64,000 nucleotides of DNA from Octopus vulgaris (taxonomy: Eukaryota): positions 4,216,001 through 4,280,000 of the forward strand of contig OX597841.1 in NCBI GenBank assembly GCA_951406725.2. The letters run 5' to 3'. The notes under the pieces are model-generated. The model was given only the letters and a program-made list of their open reading frames with translations. It was not told the DNA's origin and did no database searches. Below, one piece after another: positions 12,039 to 28,714 of this stretch. A program made the translations under genes and the position numbers. Position 1 is the first letter of the stretch; each line of letters starts with the position of its first letter.

Positions 12039-12141
12039 ACACATTCACATGAATATATATACATTTACATTTATGTATGAATATATACATATATTTTATA
12101 TATATATATATGTATGTATATGTATGTATGCATGTATGTGC

Positions 12142-12262
<121 letters not shown>

Positions 12263-12580
12263 TGCGTGTGTGTACGTGTGTGTGTGTACGTGTGTGTGTG
12301 TGTGTGTGTGTTTGTGTGAGTGTGCACGCGCTTATGTATATGTGTGGACGAGCAGTGATTCCACGAATGAAAGCATCAGAAAACACCAGACTTAAAATAT
12401 ATAAACTTATATGTTCGACATTTAAACAGCTGCCAAAGCATAGCCGTAATCCACTGACAAAAACCAGCAAAAGATAATAGAGATGTAATATATATTTCAT
12501 ATATAATCTATAACACACACGTATACACACAACAAAAAATTTATTTTATGCGTTAAACATACATGTATAAAATATATATA

Positions 12581-12745
12581 GGCGCAGGATTGGCTGTGTG
12601 GTAAGTAGCTTGTCTACCAACCACATGGTTCCGGCTTCAGTCCCACTGCGTGGCATCTTGGGCAAGTGTCTTCTGCTATAGCCCCGGGCCAACCAATGCC
12701 TTGTGAGTGGATTTGGTAGACGGAAACTGAAAGAAGCCCGTCGTA

Positions 12746-12794
<49 letters not shown>

Positions 12795-13020
12795 TTGTGT
12801 GTCTGTGTTTGTTCCCCCTAGCATTGCTTGACAACCGATGCTGGTGTGTTTATGTCCCCGTTACTTAGCAGTTCGGCAAAAGAGACCGATAGAATAGGTA
12901 CTGGGCTTACAAAAAGAATAAGTCCCGGGGTCGAGTTGCTCGATTAAAGGCGGTGCTCCAGCATGGCCGCAGTCAAATGACTGAAACAAGTAAAAGGGTA
13001 AAGAGTAAAAGAGTAAGAGT
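12581..13020 (+). mobile_element. SINE family A, full length
   Basis: GGCGCAGGA.TGGCTGTGTGG head through the (TAAAAGAG)n tail. Confidence 0.93.
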
Positions 13021-13030
13021 ACACGTTATA

Positions 13031-13105
<75 letters not shown>

Positions 13106-13292
13106 AATTAATAATATCAGGGTAGTCCAGGGATTAGATGGTAAATGTTTTTATTTTTCATTCCCTTCAAGAATGTATCCCTAATTAGTGGTTTGGACTT
13201 TAGCTGTTCATTCTAGCGTAAAGGATTCCTATGATGGAAGCCTCTTAACGTGTTTTAATGCACACTGTATTTTATATATATATATATATATA

Positions 13293-13457
13293 TCACGGCA
13301 GGAGGTGCAGATGAGGGCAGCTGCATCGAACTCTCTCATGCACCAGATGGCATTTGCTAAAAAGCATTCGGGAAGTAAAATCATGTAGCAACACCAAATG
13401 GCGGTGCCCCAGCATGGCCACAGCCTGTGAGCTGAAACTAAATAAAATTAAAAAAAT
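13293..13457 (+). mobile_element. CR1-group LINE 3' end (ORF2 C-terminus plus 3' UTR), 5'-truncated, in (TA)n
   Basis: Encodes SRQEVQMRAAASNSLMHQ, matching SRQETQMRVAASNSLIHQ of the LINE at 16377-16430; ends in GCTGAAACT plus an A-rich tail. Confidence 0.85.
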
Positions 13458-13762
13458 ATATATATATATATATAGACAAACACTCGCGCACATGTTAATA
13501 GAATCTGAAAACAAAACAGCACCCATGACTTTCGGAAACATTTTTTCACGCTCAGAATTGCTGGAATTAATAAACTGCATCAGTTGTTAGCTGTCGAGCT
13601 ACTGCATCCTTCAAAACTTCCATGCTTCCTGAAATCCGCCTGATGGCCTTTTTTTTATTTTAGTTGTAGTGCACCTGAGCACTGTATACAACATTTTCCT
13701 TTATTAAATATTTATACGTATACAATTAGTGTATCTATCCATCTCTCTGTCTATCTTTCTGT

Positions 13763-13893
<131 letters not shown>

Positions 13894-14051
13894 TTTAAAT
13901 AATGAGGGAGATAAATTGAATATTAATTTAATTAATATCAATTTATGTCCGCTGAATTTTTCTCTAGAGAACATTCTTTTCTTTGTAGTTTGATCGTAGG
14001 TGATCTACTTCTAGCATATTGCTGACCACATAGTGGTTTTTAGCCCTTTAA

Positions 14052-14200
<149 letters not shown>

Positions 14201-14447
14201 TACATATAATGTGAATGTGCTTTACTAGATAAGTAAATTAATCCCTAAAATCCCTATTATTTGATGACACTTCTCACTGGATTTCCTACATAATTACCAG
14301 AAAATCAAGTTTTTCAACTGCTTCAATAAATCGATCGACTTTACTTGGACTACACGTCCACTCGAATTTCACGAGGAACTTATCTTTATCGTATCTGTAT
14401 GTGTGTGTGTATATATATATATATATTTGTCCCACTTTGTATTTTTT

Positions 14448-14514
<67 letters not shown>

Positions 14515-14594
14515 GCTTATATATATAATTATATTTATATATATATGTATATATATATTATATATGTTTATATATATATGTATATATTTATATA

Positions 14595-14663
<69 letters not shown>

Positions 14664-14718
14664 GTATATATATATATATATGTGTGTGTGTGTATGTATA
14701 TATATATGTGTGTGTTTG

Positions 14719-14781
<63 letters not shown>

Positions 14782-14799
14782 ATTGCGTATATTGAGTGA

Positions 14800-15103
14800 A
14801 GGCGCGTGGCTTAGTGGTTAGGGCTTTCCGCTCACGATCGTTGTGTCCTGGCGACGTGTTGTGCCCTTGAGCAAGACACTTTATTTAATGTCGCTCAAGT
14901 TTTCTCAGCTGACAAAAATGAGTAGTACCTTTATTTCAAAGGGCCGGCCTTGTTATATTCTGTGTCATACTGAATACCCCGAGAACTACGTTAAGGGTAC
15001 ACGTGTCTCTGGACCGCTCAGTCACTTGCACGCCATTTTCACGTCGCTGATCCGTTGATTGTATCAGTTGGGACCCTCGTTGTCGTAAGCGATGGAGTGC
15101 TCC
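14800..15103 (+). mobile_element. SINE family B variant (different head and CORE-like middle, same 3' half)
   Basis: GGCGCGTGGCTTAGTGGTTAGGG head, TGTGCCCTTGAGCAAGACACTTT middle, shared TATTTCAAAGGGCCGGCCTTGT...GAGAACTACGTTAAGGGTACACGTGTC...GATGGAGTGC tail; partial copy at about 36135-36290. Confidence 0.8.
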
Positions 15104-15198
15104 TATATTGCGTATATGTGTACTGGAATACAAGTGTGTGTGTGTGTGAATGTATGTGTTTATGTGTGTGTATATATCTATATCTTTCTATTCCTCTC

Positions 15199-15290
15199 TT
15201 TCGTGACTATAACTTCAATTCGAATTACAATTAAATTTAAATCTAATCGAAAAACAGTTCAATTTAAAAGTATAGTCACTCCTCAGGTCA
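15199..15290 (-). ncRNA. Partial hammerhead-like motif (stem III lost)
   Basis: Minus strand CUGAGGA-GUGACUAUA...UAUAGUCAC-GAAA with a perfect 9-bp stem II; its loop resembles that of the 52121-52213 motif. Confidence 0.5.
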
Positions 15291-15301
15291 ACAATAATAA
15301 C

Positions 15302-15403
15302 AATAATAGTTAAATAAATAAATAATCAAATAGAATTAAATAATATTTCTTGAAGAAATAACATTATAATTGTTCTTACAGAAAAAACTCCGATTTATAT
15401 ATC

Positions 15404-15461
<58 letters not shown>

Positions 15462-15559
15462 GATATATAAATCGGAGTTTTTTCTGTAAGAACAATTATA
15501 ATATTATTTCTTCAAGAAATATTATTTAATTCTATTTGATTATTTATTTATTTAACTAT

Positions 15560-15563
<4 letters not shown>
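15302..15563. repeat. Near-perfect palindrome centred on (TA)n
   Basis: Arms 15302-15406 and 15459-15563 are reverse complements with one mismatch seen; the spacer is pure (TA)n. Confidence 0.95.
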
Positions 15564-15622
<59 letters not shown>

Positions 15623-15640
15623 AGTATGTATATACATTAG

Positions 15641-16518
15641 GGCCACTGCTATTTATAGCTATGTAGATAACACAAAAGTCTCTCAGACAATACAAAATCC
15701 TGGGCATATTGCACACATCTGCAACGGGAGTTGAACACAATATACAGGTGGGCTGAGGACAACAACATGCTGTTTAACGTAGGAAAATTCCAAGCCCTGC
15801 GCTACCAGCACACAAAGCTGAATGGCATGCAAAGATACACTTGCCCAGGAGGAACTGCAATCCTCGAATCAACATCAGTGCATGACTTGGGCATTAACAT
15901 GAGCAAGGATGCATCTTCTCAAGTCTATATTACCAATTTGGTAATAAAATGCAGACGGCTAACTGAATGGTGCCTCCGAACTTTCAATCCAACAAAGCTA
16001 CACAAAGAAAATCGTCTCAATGAAAACAAAATCGTATCAACTACTGGGAAAGACTGAAAGAATTAAAACTCTTCTCCCTAGAACGAAGCCAGGAGAGATA
16101 TGCAGTGATATACATCTGAAAATCCTGGAAGGTTTTGTACCAAACTTTATCATTTGAAGCTACACAAACGCCAGAACCGGCAGGCACTGCATAGTGCCAA
16201 AGATCCTGGCAGCTCCATCAAAATACAGAGCTAGATACCGCAACAGCTTGGGTTTCAAGGGACCACAGTTCTTCAATATCCTTCGAAAATGCCTGACAGA
16301 GCTGCATGGTGTGGATGTAGGTGTCCTCAAAACAAAACTGGATCCCCTCCTGTCAAGGGTTCTAGATGAGCCTACTTCACGGCAGGAAACACAGATGAGA
16401 GTAGCGGCATCAAACTCCCTCATTCACCAAAACCCATATATTAGAGGAGGTTCCTAATAATGGTATAGCAGTCAAAGATGGTGCCTCAGTATGACCGCAG
16501 CTTTGAAGCTGAAGCAAT
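15641..16518 (+). pseudogene. Degenerate CR1-group LINE ORF2 (RT C-terminal half) and 3' UTR
   Basis: SYVDNTKV (decayed YADD) at about 15657-15680, IYRWAEDNNMLFNVGKFQ, DLGINMS...WCLRTF, YWERLKELKLFSLER, NSLGFKGPQFFNIL; frameshifts and an internal deletion. Confidence 0.88.
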
Positions 16519-16542
16519 TTCGATATGTGTACATATATATAT

Positions 16543-16945
16543 AGGAGTGGCTGTGTGGTAAGTAGCTTGTTTACCAACCACATGGTTCCGGGTTCAGTCC
16601 CACTGCGTGGCACCTTGGACAAGTGTCTTCTACTATAGCTTCGGGCCGACCAAAGCCTTGTGAGTGGATTTGGTAGACGGAAACTGAAAGAAGCCCGTCG
16701 TATATATGTATATATATATATATGCGTGTGTATGTTTGCGTGAGTGTGTTTGTCCCCCTAGCATTGCTTGACAACCGATGCTGGTGTGTTTATGTCCCCG
16801 TTACTTAGCGGTTCGGCAAAAGAGACCGATAGAATAAGTAGTGGGATTACAAAAGAATAAGTCCCGGGGTCGATTTGCTCGGTTAAAGGCGGTGCTCCAG
16901 CATGGCCGCAGTCAAATGACTGAAACAAGTGAAATAATAAAAGAG
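16543..16945 (+). mobile_element. SINE family A
   Basis: Matches the consensus; lies immediately downstream of the CR1-group LINE. Confidence 0.93.
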
Positions 16946-17008
<63 letters not shown>

Positions 17009-17247
17009 GTTTACAGTAATTCAACCATCTCTTTCGCATCATTCATATATTAACAGTTTAGATCTTAATTATAAAAAGAATATGAAACCATCATTCTATG
17101 CTAATTTAGTTAATTTTGTCAAGCTCCATTTTAAATGTAATAAAATGTTTTAAAAGAAATTTAAAGTGTCTACGTGATAACTGCACACCTACTTCTGCCC
17201 TGTATAGATAGATATGTGTATACATACATATGTATACATATATATTA

Positions 17248-18020
<773 letters not shown>

Positions 18021-18355
18021 AGTAGGGCGATAGTTTGTTCGGGTCACCGCTACAAATAGGATAGAATGCAAGATCAAGTAGTCTCCAAGCTAAATTCCTA
18101 AGCGCCAAGGCTTGCCTGCTTTCTGGGTCTCCCCCCGGTACCTATCTCTGTGTCTCACACTCATGCAGGTATAAACGTATAGTATACACATGAGGGAATG
18201 TATGTATTTGGACAGAAATTGTAGATGTATATGTGTAGGAGCTTCGTGTCTGTGTGTGTGCACGTGTATGTATGTCTGTGTGCGAGTGTCTACATTTACG
18301 TATATATATCTTCAATACGTGCATTAATATGTATGTGCATACATGTGTATCTAAG

Positions 18356-18390
<35 letters not shown>

Positions 18391-18728
18391 GTTTATGCTC
18401 ACATAGATATTTACATGTGAATCTATGTAAATCTATTTATGATTATAAAGTAGACACACACATATACATATATGCATATATATACATACATAAATATACG
18501 TGTATATGTATGCATATATTTATACATACATATACAAATATAAATATATATATCCATATATATATATATAAATATATATATACATACATATATATATATA
18601 TATATATACAGATATAAATACAGATATAAATACATAAATAAAAATATATATCTATATACATATATAAATATATAAAAATATATAGATACATACACACATA
18701 TACAAATATAAATATTATATATACACAT

Positions 18729-18786
<58 letters not shown>

Positions 18787-18957
18787 ATATATATGGCTTA
18801 TTTGCATCACCGTCACGTTACGGTTTCGCAAGCGTTACCGATAGAATGTGTGACGGTCTAAAATAGTTGCTGGGACTAATTTGTATGACTAGAAACTCCA
18901 AGTCGGTGCCCCAGGGTTGCTGCAGTTGAACGAAGTAAAGGTAAAAAAATATGAATT

Positions 18958-19649
18958 TGTATATGTATGGGTGCATGTATGTATGTATGGGTGTATGTAT
19001 GTATGCATGTATGTATGTATACATGTATGTATGTATGCATGTATGTATGCATGTATGTTTGTATGCATGTATGTGTGTATGTATGCATGTATGTATGTAT
19101 GCATGTATGTATGTATGTATGTAGGTATGTATGTATGTATGTATGTATGTATGTATGCATGTATGTATGCATGAATGTATGTGTGTATGTATGTATGTAT
19201 GTAAGTATGTATGTAAGTATGTATGTATGTATGTATGTATGTATGTGTGTATGTATGCATGTATGTATGTATGAATGTATATATGTATGTATGTATGTAT
19301 GTATGAATGTATGTATGTATGTATGTATGTATGTATGTATGTATGAATGTATGTATGTATGTATGTATGTATGTATGTATGTATGTATGTATGTATGCAT
19401 GTATGAATGTATATATGTATGTATGTATGTATACATGTATGTATGTATGCATGTATGTGTGTATGTATGCATGTATGTATGTATGCATGTATGTATGTAT
19501 GTATGTAGGTATGTATGTATGTATGTATGTATGCATGTATGTATGCATGAATGTATGTGTGTATGTATGTATGTATGTAAGTATGTATGTAAGTATGTAT
19601 GTATGTATGTATGTATGTGTGTATGTATGTATGTATGTATGTATGAATG

Positions 19650-19683
<34 letters not shown>

Positions 19684-19875
19684 TGAATGTATGTATGTAT
19701 GTATGTATGTATGTATGCATGCATGCATGTATGTATGTATGTATGTATATATGAATGTATGTAGGTATGTATGTATGTATGTATGTATGTATGTATGTAT
19801 GCATGCATGCATGTATGTATGTATGTATGTATGTATGTATATATGAATGTATGTAGGTATGTATGTATGTATGTG
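18958..19875. repeat. (TATG)n microsatellite with higher-order duplication
   Basis: The variant pattern GTAGGT...GCATGAAT...GTAAGTATGTATGTAAG recurs at about 19120-19290 and 19505-19660. Confidence 0.95.
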
Positions 19876-20373
19876 TGTATATGTGTGTGTGCGTGTACGA
19901 ATGCATGTGCACACACACACACACACATACACACACTTATATATATATACATATATGCATATATATTTGCTGACATACATATTTTATTCAGTGAATATAT
20001 GTATTTATTTAATATATACACAAGTAACGCACATGTAGATATATATATACATACATATACACACATACATTTGTTGTGCGTGTGTGTGTGTGTGTGTGCG
20101 TATGTGACTGTGTGTTTGTGTGTGTGTTTGTGTGTATTTAGAGAAAGATCTTTTCAAGAAGTTAAGATTAACAACAAAAAAAAAACTTTTGGAGAGTAGA
20201 ATGGTACTAACCTTCAGGAAGGAATTTCACAATTTGTGTGTAAGCTTTAATAAACGAGCAAGCGCTTTCGGTTCCCAACGTTACCATTCCACACTCTAAA
20301 ATGTTTATTTCCTTGATCTTAACTCTTTGAGAAAATTCATTCTCTAAATATAACTCTTTCAAGTAATGTCCTA

Positions 20374-20487
<114 letters not shown>

Positions 20488-20679
20488 TAGAAGGTTTGGA
20501 GATGATGTACAGGTATTTTATATTAGAAGAAATGAGTACTCAGAAATTTGGATGGTTTTATATTTACAGATATTTATTTGTATATTACATGTTTTTATAC
20601 ATCATATAACTTATATCATATATTAGCGCTCTCGTCCATTCTGGTGGATTTTTCAAATTGAATTATATATATATATATA

Positions 20680-20779
<100 letters not shown>

Positions 20780-20818
20780 TATATATATATACATATTTAT
20801 ACACACACACATAAACAT

Positions 20819-20863
<45 letters not shown>

Positions 20864-21042
20864 GCACACACACACACATATAGTCTGTTTGTTCGAATGG
20901 ATGTTTAATGTAAAAGGTATCGAACCTATGACCTTAGAATGCTTACGTAAAGAACCTAACACACACACACCTGTTGCATGTTTCCCTTACGGTTCTTTGC
21001 AGAGAATTTAAACAATGATTCCTTCATTATATTTCCAATGTT

Positions 21043-21255
21043 AAGGCGGCGAACTGGCAGAAGCGATAGCACACCAGACGAAATGCTTCGCGGTATTCCG
21101 TCTGTCTTTACGTTCTGTGTTCAAATTCCGCTGAGGTTGCCTTTGCATTTCATCCTTTCGGTATTGATAAATTAAATATCAGTTGCGTACTGGGGTCGAT
21201 CTAATCGACTGGCCCCTTCCCTAGTAATTCTGAGCTTTGTGCCTAGAGAATATAA
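21043..21255 (+). mobile_element. SINE family D variant, diverged, with alternative tail
   Basis: AAGGCGGCGAACTGGCAGAAG head, GTTCAAATTCCG, tail GACTGGCCCC...TTGTGCCTAGAG also seen at 50595-50650(-). Confidence 0.8.
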
Positions 21256-21287
21256 GTATATATATGTAAATTTGAACATGATGTATG

Positions 21288-21366
<79 letters not shown>

Positions 21367-21631
21367 GGCAGCCTTTTTGAAAATTACATAATACGGTGTT
21401 TAAAATTATATTTTTTTATATTTGGATATTAAATCTTTTGTTAGGGTGTTACTAACATTTTGAAGGATTATTCTTCCTAGGGTTCGTGAGCTCTTTCGAT
21501 TAACCTTTTCCAACACACATACATATATATATATATATACGTCATTGTGCGGTGATCGCTTATAAATTAAAATCTTATAAAATACTATAATTATTATTGA
21601 AAGAATTGTAAATTTATATATATATATATAT

Positions 21632-21855
21632 ACTCTTTACTCTTTTACTCTTTTACTTGTTTCAGTCATTTGACTGCGGCCATGCTGGAGCACCGCCTTT
21701 AGTCGAGCAACTCGACCCCGGGACTTATTCTTTTTGTAAGCCCAGTACTTATTCTATCGGTCTCTTTTTGCCGAACCGCTAAGTTACAGGGACGTAAACA
21801 CACCAGCATCGGTTGTCAAGCAATGCTAGGGGGACAAACACAGACACACAAACAC
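21632..21855 (-). mobile_element. SINE family A, 3' half
   Basis: Reverse complement of the tail half; ends in microsatellite. Confidence 0.9.
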
Positions 21856-21901
21856 ATACACATACATGTATGTATGTATATCTAAGTCTGTATATTGTAT
21901 G

Positions 21902-21940
<39 letters not shown>

Positions 21941-21984
21941 ATGTATATATATATATGCATATATTCATATATATGTATATATAT

Positions 21985-22079
<95 letters not shown>

Positions 22080-22211
22080 CATAGATGTATATATATTTAC
22101 ATATATATATATAAAGCATGCCTCTCATAAGCAAATGCATGAAGGCACACACACACATATTCGTGTATTTATATGTATGTATATACAAAAGTATATTCCC
22201 CTCTCTCTCTC

Positions 22212-22251
<40 letters not shown>

Positions 22252-22378
22252 AGAGACATTTATGTATGAGAGGCATGCTTTTATGATGTTTGTATCATAT
22301 TTCTGACGTGATAATTATATCATCTATGTAAGTGATGCATCTTTATGGAGGCTGCTGGTAACGTATCACATGCGCGTA

Positions 22379-22421
<43 letters not shown>

Positions 22422-22690
22422 CTACGCACACATATATACATGTGTATGTTTATGCGTATATCTGTCTATAAATGCATGTGCGTGGTGTATCTCTGTGTGT
22501 GTGTGTGCGTTTGTATGGGTGTACGGATATAGGGACATATGTATGTAAAGATGTATATATATATATATAAGCATGTGTGAGGGTGTATCTGTGCGATTGC
22601 GTGTGTGTGTATACATATATGTATGTATATGTATATATATGTGTGTGTGTATATACATATATATATGTGTATGTATATATATATATACAC

Positions 22691-22780
<90 letters not shown>

Positions 22781-22782
<2 letters not shown>

Positions 22783-23200
22783 TCTTTCTTTCTCTTTTAC
22801 TCTTTTACTTGTTTCAGTCATTTGACTGCAGCCATGCTGGAGCACCGCCTTTAGTCGAGCAAATCGACCCCGGGACTTATTCTTGGTAAGCCCAGTACCT
22901 ATTCTATCGGTCTCTTTTGCCGAACCGCTAAGTGACGGGGAAGTAAACACACCAGCATCGGTTTTCAAGCAATGCTAGGGGGACAAACACAGACACACAA
23001 ACACATACACACAAACACACACATATATATATATATACATATATACGATGGGCTTCTTTCAGTTTCCGTCTACCAAATCCACTCACAAGTTATTGGTCGG
23101 CCCGGGGCTATAGCAGAAGACACTTGCCCAAGATGCCACGCAGTGGGACTGAACCCGGAACCATGTGGTTAGTTAACAAGCTACTTACCACACAGCCACT
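22781..23200 (-). mobile_element. SINE family A
   Basis: Reverse complement of the consensus. Confidence 0.93.
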
Positions 23201-23419
23201 TCATATGTATGTATGTATGTATCTATGTATCTATGCCTAGGTATATATGTATGAATTTTAAATCCCAATATATTGATTCAAGTAATACGGTCGTACTCAA
23301 AAAATACTTTGGAGTGACGAAACAAACATGTCGTGATATTAGTGTTTTCTTTTTCAGTAAATAAGAGATCATCATAACATTTCTAGTATATATGCCTTAC
23401 GTATATTCATATATATATA

Positions 23420-23484
<65 letters not shown>

Positions 23485-23527
23485 CACATCCTTGCGTTGT
23501 TGTCTTTTTGTTTTCTTGTTTGGATTA

Positions 23528-23579
<52 letters not shown>

Positions 23580-23690
23580 GTCATTGTAAGAAAAAGATTT
23601 ATAACATTCCTCAGACATATTGACTTAAATATATATTCTTTAACCTTTTAAAACAAGCCTTCTGTAGTTTTTTCACTTTTTACTATTTTC

Positions 23691-23736
<46 letters not shown>

Positions 23737-23780
23737 CATGTGTGTATGTATGTATATATTTATGTATATATGTATATATG

Positions 23781-23864
<84 letters not shown>

Positions 23865-23919
23865 CCCACATATACAGATAGATGGATACATACATACATA
23901 CATACATACATATATGTAT

Positions 23920-23960
<41 letters not shown>

Positions 23961-24364
23961 AATATGTATAATTTAATACGTTTATATGTATATATGCATA
24001 CATATTTATATATATCCATATACTAAAATTATGCTCGCGACACGTCTCAGCTCTGGGACAAAACTCTTCCACCTTGACTGACTCTGTGCTCTTTAACACC
24101 ATGCCAAGACAAATAAAAAAAAGAAAAACATCTATCCTTCAGACAGTTCTTCGAGGAATATCATCAAAAAATTCCAGACACACCATCTGCATCCACATAT
24201 ATCTCTGCAAACAATAACTTTAGTCAAATGGGCTATGGTGCCAAGGAGTGACTATAATATAAACATCATTAAATATTCTTAAGTTAATGTTATTAAGTAA
24301 GACATGCCTCGGGGTCAATTCTGACTGAAACTTAGCTAAGTATCTAAGAGTCTAAGTAAATATA

Positions 24365-24581
24365 CGACGGGGTGTTGCAAAGTTCCTAGCTTTGGATAAA
24401 AGAAATTACACGATTGTCGGTTAATTACTATTTTATTCAACATATTCCTCTCTCAGATTCACACACTTATTTCAGCGATCCTTCAGTTCTTCTAACCTAT
24501 GTAAAAGAACTCGGACGGTTGCTTTTCCAACTAAGCCTTTCACAATACCCTTAAAGTTAAGAAATTTGCATTACCCCTTCG
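24365..24581. mobile_element. Old Tc1/mariner-type MITE
   Basis: Left end TA|CGACGGGGTGTTGCAAAGTTCCTAGCTTT; right end reverse complement TA|CGAAGGGGTAATGCAAATTTCTTAACTTT; TA on both sides. Confidence 0.65.
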
Positions 24582-24584
24582 TAC

Positions 24585-24616
<32 letters not shown>

Positions 24617-24908
24617 TTTTCTAAAAATACTCTAGTAAACACGGTTATAGAACGAGCATACAGATGGAAGCATTGGCAAAAACATACATTTAGTGCATAT
24701 AAGTAGTCTCTATCATTATATATAATTTAAACTTTAATTTCCTTTATATTTAACACTCACTATTGTATCCCTACTCTTTCTGTTAGCTACTTATGACGTT
24801 ATATCATATAACGTTTTTTTAAACAATATTAATAGCATTCTGTCTATCGCTATACGAATCCATCATTTTTTGCTAAAATGTCTTATTGACGAGTTTCGTT
24901 TTTTTCAC

Positions 24909-24990
24909 TTTCCTGAAGAGAAGATTGCATTGTTTATACCATTTATTCTTTTGAATAGTATCAGTGGAATTTTCGAAACATGTGTCGTAG
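24909..24990 (+). ncRNA. Type I hammerhead-like motif with extended stem II
   Basis: CUGAAGA (24913-24919), stem II GAAGAUU-g-CAUUG / CAGUG-g-AAUUUUC, GAAA (24975-24978), C-AUGU-G-UC with palindromic ACAUGU; stem I weak. Confidence 0.55.
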
Positions 24991-25232
24991 GTAAAAATAT
25001 TTGATTACACCTGCGTTAAACTCCATTTATTTATTCATATATTATTCAAAATATTCAACGTAAACACGAAGTTTCAACCTTTATAAACAAGGAGTTACAA
25101 CATCTTTACTTGTGAGATTTGTGCTGCCCTGGTAACTATTTATTTATTTTTCCGTGTTAATTGTTAACAAGGTAAAAATACACTCATCTATTTATATATA
25201 TATATATATATATAGAAAGATAGATATATACT

Positions 25233-25328
<96 letters not shown>

Positions 25329-25470
25329 CAATTTATTCACCGCACTCTGTATATGCGTATATGTATGTATTTCCGCGTGCAATAAAATACACATTTATAT
25401 GTATATATATATATATACATGTATACCTTTATATATATATTTATATATACACATATATATGCATATTTAT

Positions 25471-25524
<54 letters not shown>

Positions 25525-25544
25525 GTATGTATACATATATAGTA

Positions 25545-25619
<75 letters not shown>

Positions 25620-25865
25620 AAGACAGACAGAGACAGAGAGACGATAAGAAATGGAGCATTTCTTATCGTCTCTATGTTTATATTAAACTATGGTTTTACC
25701 TTTAAATTACCTACTACCTTATAACGGGGTCTATACATACTGAGGTAATATACCTGGAGTGACTACGGACACACCTATCCCTTAGATGGTCGCATGATCT
25801 CTAACTTATATCCTACTTAACATATATATCTGTGTGTGTATGTGTATGTGTGTGTGTGTGCGTGT

Positions 25866-25910
<45 letters not shown>

Positions 25911-25920
25911 TACACATACA

Positions 25921-25956
<36 letters not shown>

Positions 25957-26012
25957 TATATACAAATATAAATATATATATATATATACATATATACACA
26001 TACATACATACA

Positions 26013-26045
<33 letters not shown>

Positions 26046-26080
26046 CTGTGTTTATGCTTACACAGAGTTTGAAACTATGC

Positions 26081-26139
<59 letters not shown>

Positions 26140-26175
26140 AGGAAGCAGTTATATGTTTGTGTGTGTGTGTGTCTG

Positions 26176-26222
<47 letters not shown>

Positions 26223-26515
26223 GTTCGTAGATAAAGGAAACGAATGTATGCATGTGTATAAATATGTGCGCGTGTGCATGTGTGTGTGTGTGTGTGTGTG
26301 TTCTTTATTTCTTTGGTTATTTTTAAGAATGAATGAAGGAAATTATCTCTTCTACTTATTTTAATCCTGGCCTTCATTTTTCTCCTGTTGAACATCTTAA
26401 TTCAACAAGCGACAACAACTGTTTCATTACGGAGTTGTTAACAAGCCAAAACTAGTTGTCTCACGAGTGGAGACGATCATAGGACGCATGCTGATGCATG
26501 CACGCAGGCACACAA

Positions 26516-26587
<72 letters not shown>

Positions 26588-26904
26588 ACACACACACACG
26601 CACGCACACACACACACAGACACACACACATGCACAAGTACACAATTGCAAACATTCATATACACACACACACACATTCACACACACATACACAAGTACA
26701 CAAACGCAAACATTCATATACACACACACACATTCACACACACATACACAAGTACACAAACGCAAACATTCATACACACATTCACACACACACACACACA
26801 TTCACACACACATACAGAAGTACACAAACGCAAACATTCATACACACATTCACACACACATTCACACACACGCACACACACAATTATTTAAGTACATATA
26901 TACG

Positions 26905-27493
26905 TACTCTTACTCTCTTTTACTCTTTTACTTGTTTCAGTCATTTGACTGTGGCCATGCTGGAGCACCGCTCTTAGTCGAGCAAATCGACCCCGGAACT
27001 TATTCTTTTGTAAGCCCAGTACTTATTCTGGGCTTACAGTGACGGGGACGTAAACACACCAGCATCGGTTGTCAAGCAATGCTAGGGGGGGACAAACACA
27101 GACACACAAACATATACACACATATATATATATACATACACATATATACGACGGGCTTCTTTCGGTTTCCGTCAACCAAATCCACTCACAAGGCATTGGT
27201 CGGCCCGAAGCTATAGTAGAAGACACTTGCCCAAGATGCCACGCAGTGGGACTGAACCCGGAACCATGTGGTTGGTAAGCAAGCTACTTACCACACAGCC
27301 ACTCCTGCGCCTATTTATATACATATATACGACAGGCTTCTTTCAGTTTCCGTCAACCAAATCCACTCACAAGGCATTGGTCGGCCCGAAGCTATAGTAG
27401 AAGACACTTGCCCAAGATGCCACGCAGTGGGACTGAACCCGGAACCATGTGGTTGGTAAGCAAGCTACTTACCACACAGCCACTCCTGCGCCT
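26905..27493 (-). mobile_element. SINE family A with tandemly duplicated 5' half
   Basis: Head-containing half present twice (27148-27312, 27328-27493); the body has a short internal deletion near 27025. Confidence 0.92.
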
Positions 27494-27647
27494 ATCATGT
27501 ACATGTGCAATGGGCTTCAGAACAGCATCCCTCTCCAGTGGTATTCCACTGATGTCCATATGACACCTGTGGATCATTACGAGACTTTCTTGATAAATTT
27601 TTATTCAGTTCTTAATATTTAATTATAAAATTACAGGATTATATATA

Positions 27648-27687
<40 letters not shown>

Positions 27688-27975
27688 TTGAAATGGATAA
27701 ATGAATTATCTTGTTACGGATTATTCAAATTATAACCGATACCTGGGTAGCAAAAATCACAACAGAAAAATCACGGTTGAGGTTACGACCATGGGGTCTC
27801 AAAACCTTTACATATATACAAACATATTCACACTGAAATTTGTTGAAAACGCTATTCGTATGTGTGTGAATATGGGAGGGCGTGTATGTTTGTTTGTGTG
27901 TGGATATGAATTTGGTTGTGCCTGTAAATTATTCTATGCTTACATAGAATAGACACACACACACAAACGTACAAG

Positions 27976-28006
<31 letters not shown>

Positions 28007-28097
28007 GCACAACCATGCATGTATGCACACTCCGACCGCTCGCTCTCTCTCCAGACACACACACACATACCATAGACACACACACACAAACGCACAA

Positions 28098-28179
<82 letters not shown>

Positions 28180-28544
28180 GAGAAATTCAATTTCACGGCC
28201 TCATTGATTTCATTTTCTCGTGACAAATTTATTCAAACACCACACATGTACATGCATGTACGAATGTGTGTGTGGGTGTGTACGTGTGTGTGTAGGGGGG
28301 GGGTGTACGTGCGTGTGTGTGTGTGGGGGGGGGGGTTGCTTATATTATGTACACTCACTGGAAATTAAACGCAAAAACACTTGACTTCACTATGGGCCAT
28401 GTTGGAATGAGGAGCTCGAATGTCATGCCAGTTGACAATACAGCGCTTAATTGTATGCGGCACAAACGCATGCATATATATTACACACACACACACACAC
28501 AATAAATATATATATATATATGCATGTGTGTGTATATCTATCTA

Positions 28545-28586
<42 letters not shown>

Positions 28587-28590
28587 TGTG

Positions 28591-28646
<56 letters not shown>

Positions 28647-28650
28647 TGTG

Positions 28651-28688
<38 letters not shown>

Positions 28689-28714
28689 GAGTATGTGTCT
28701 ATATATATATTTTT

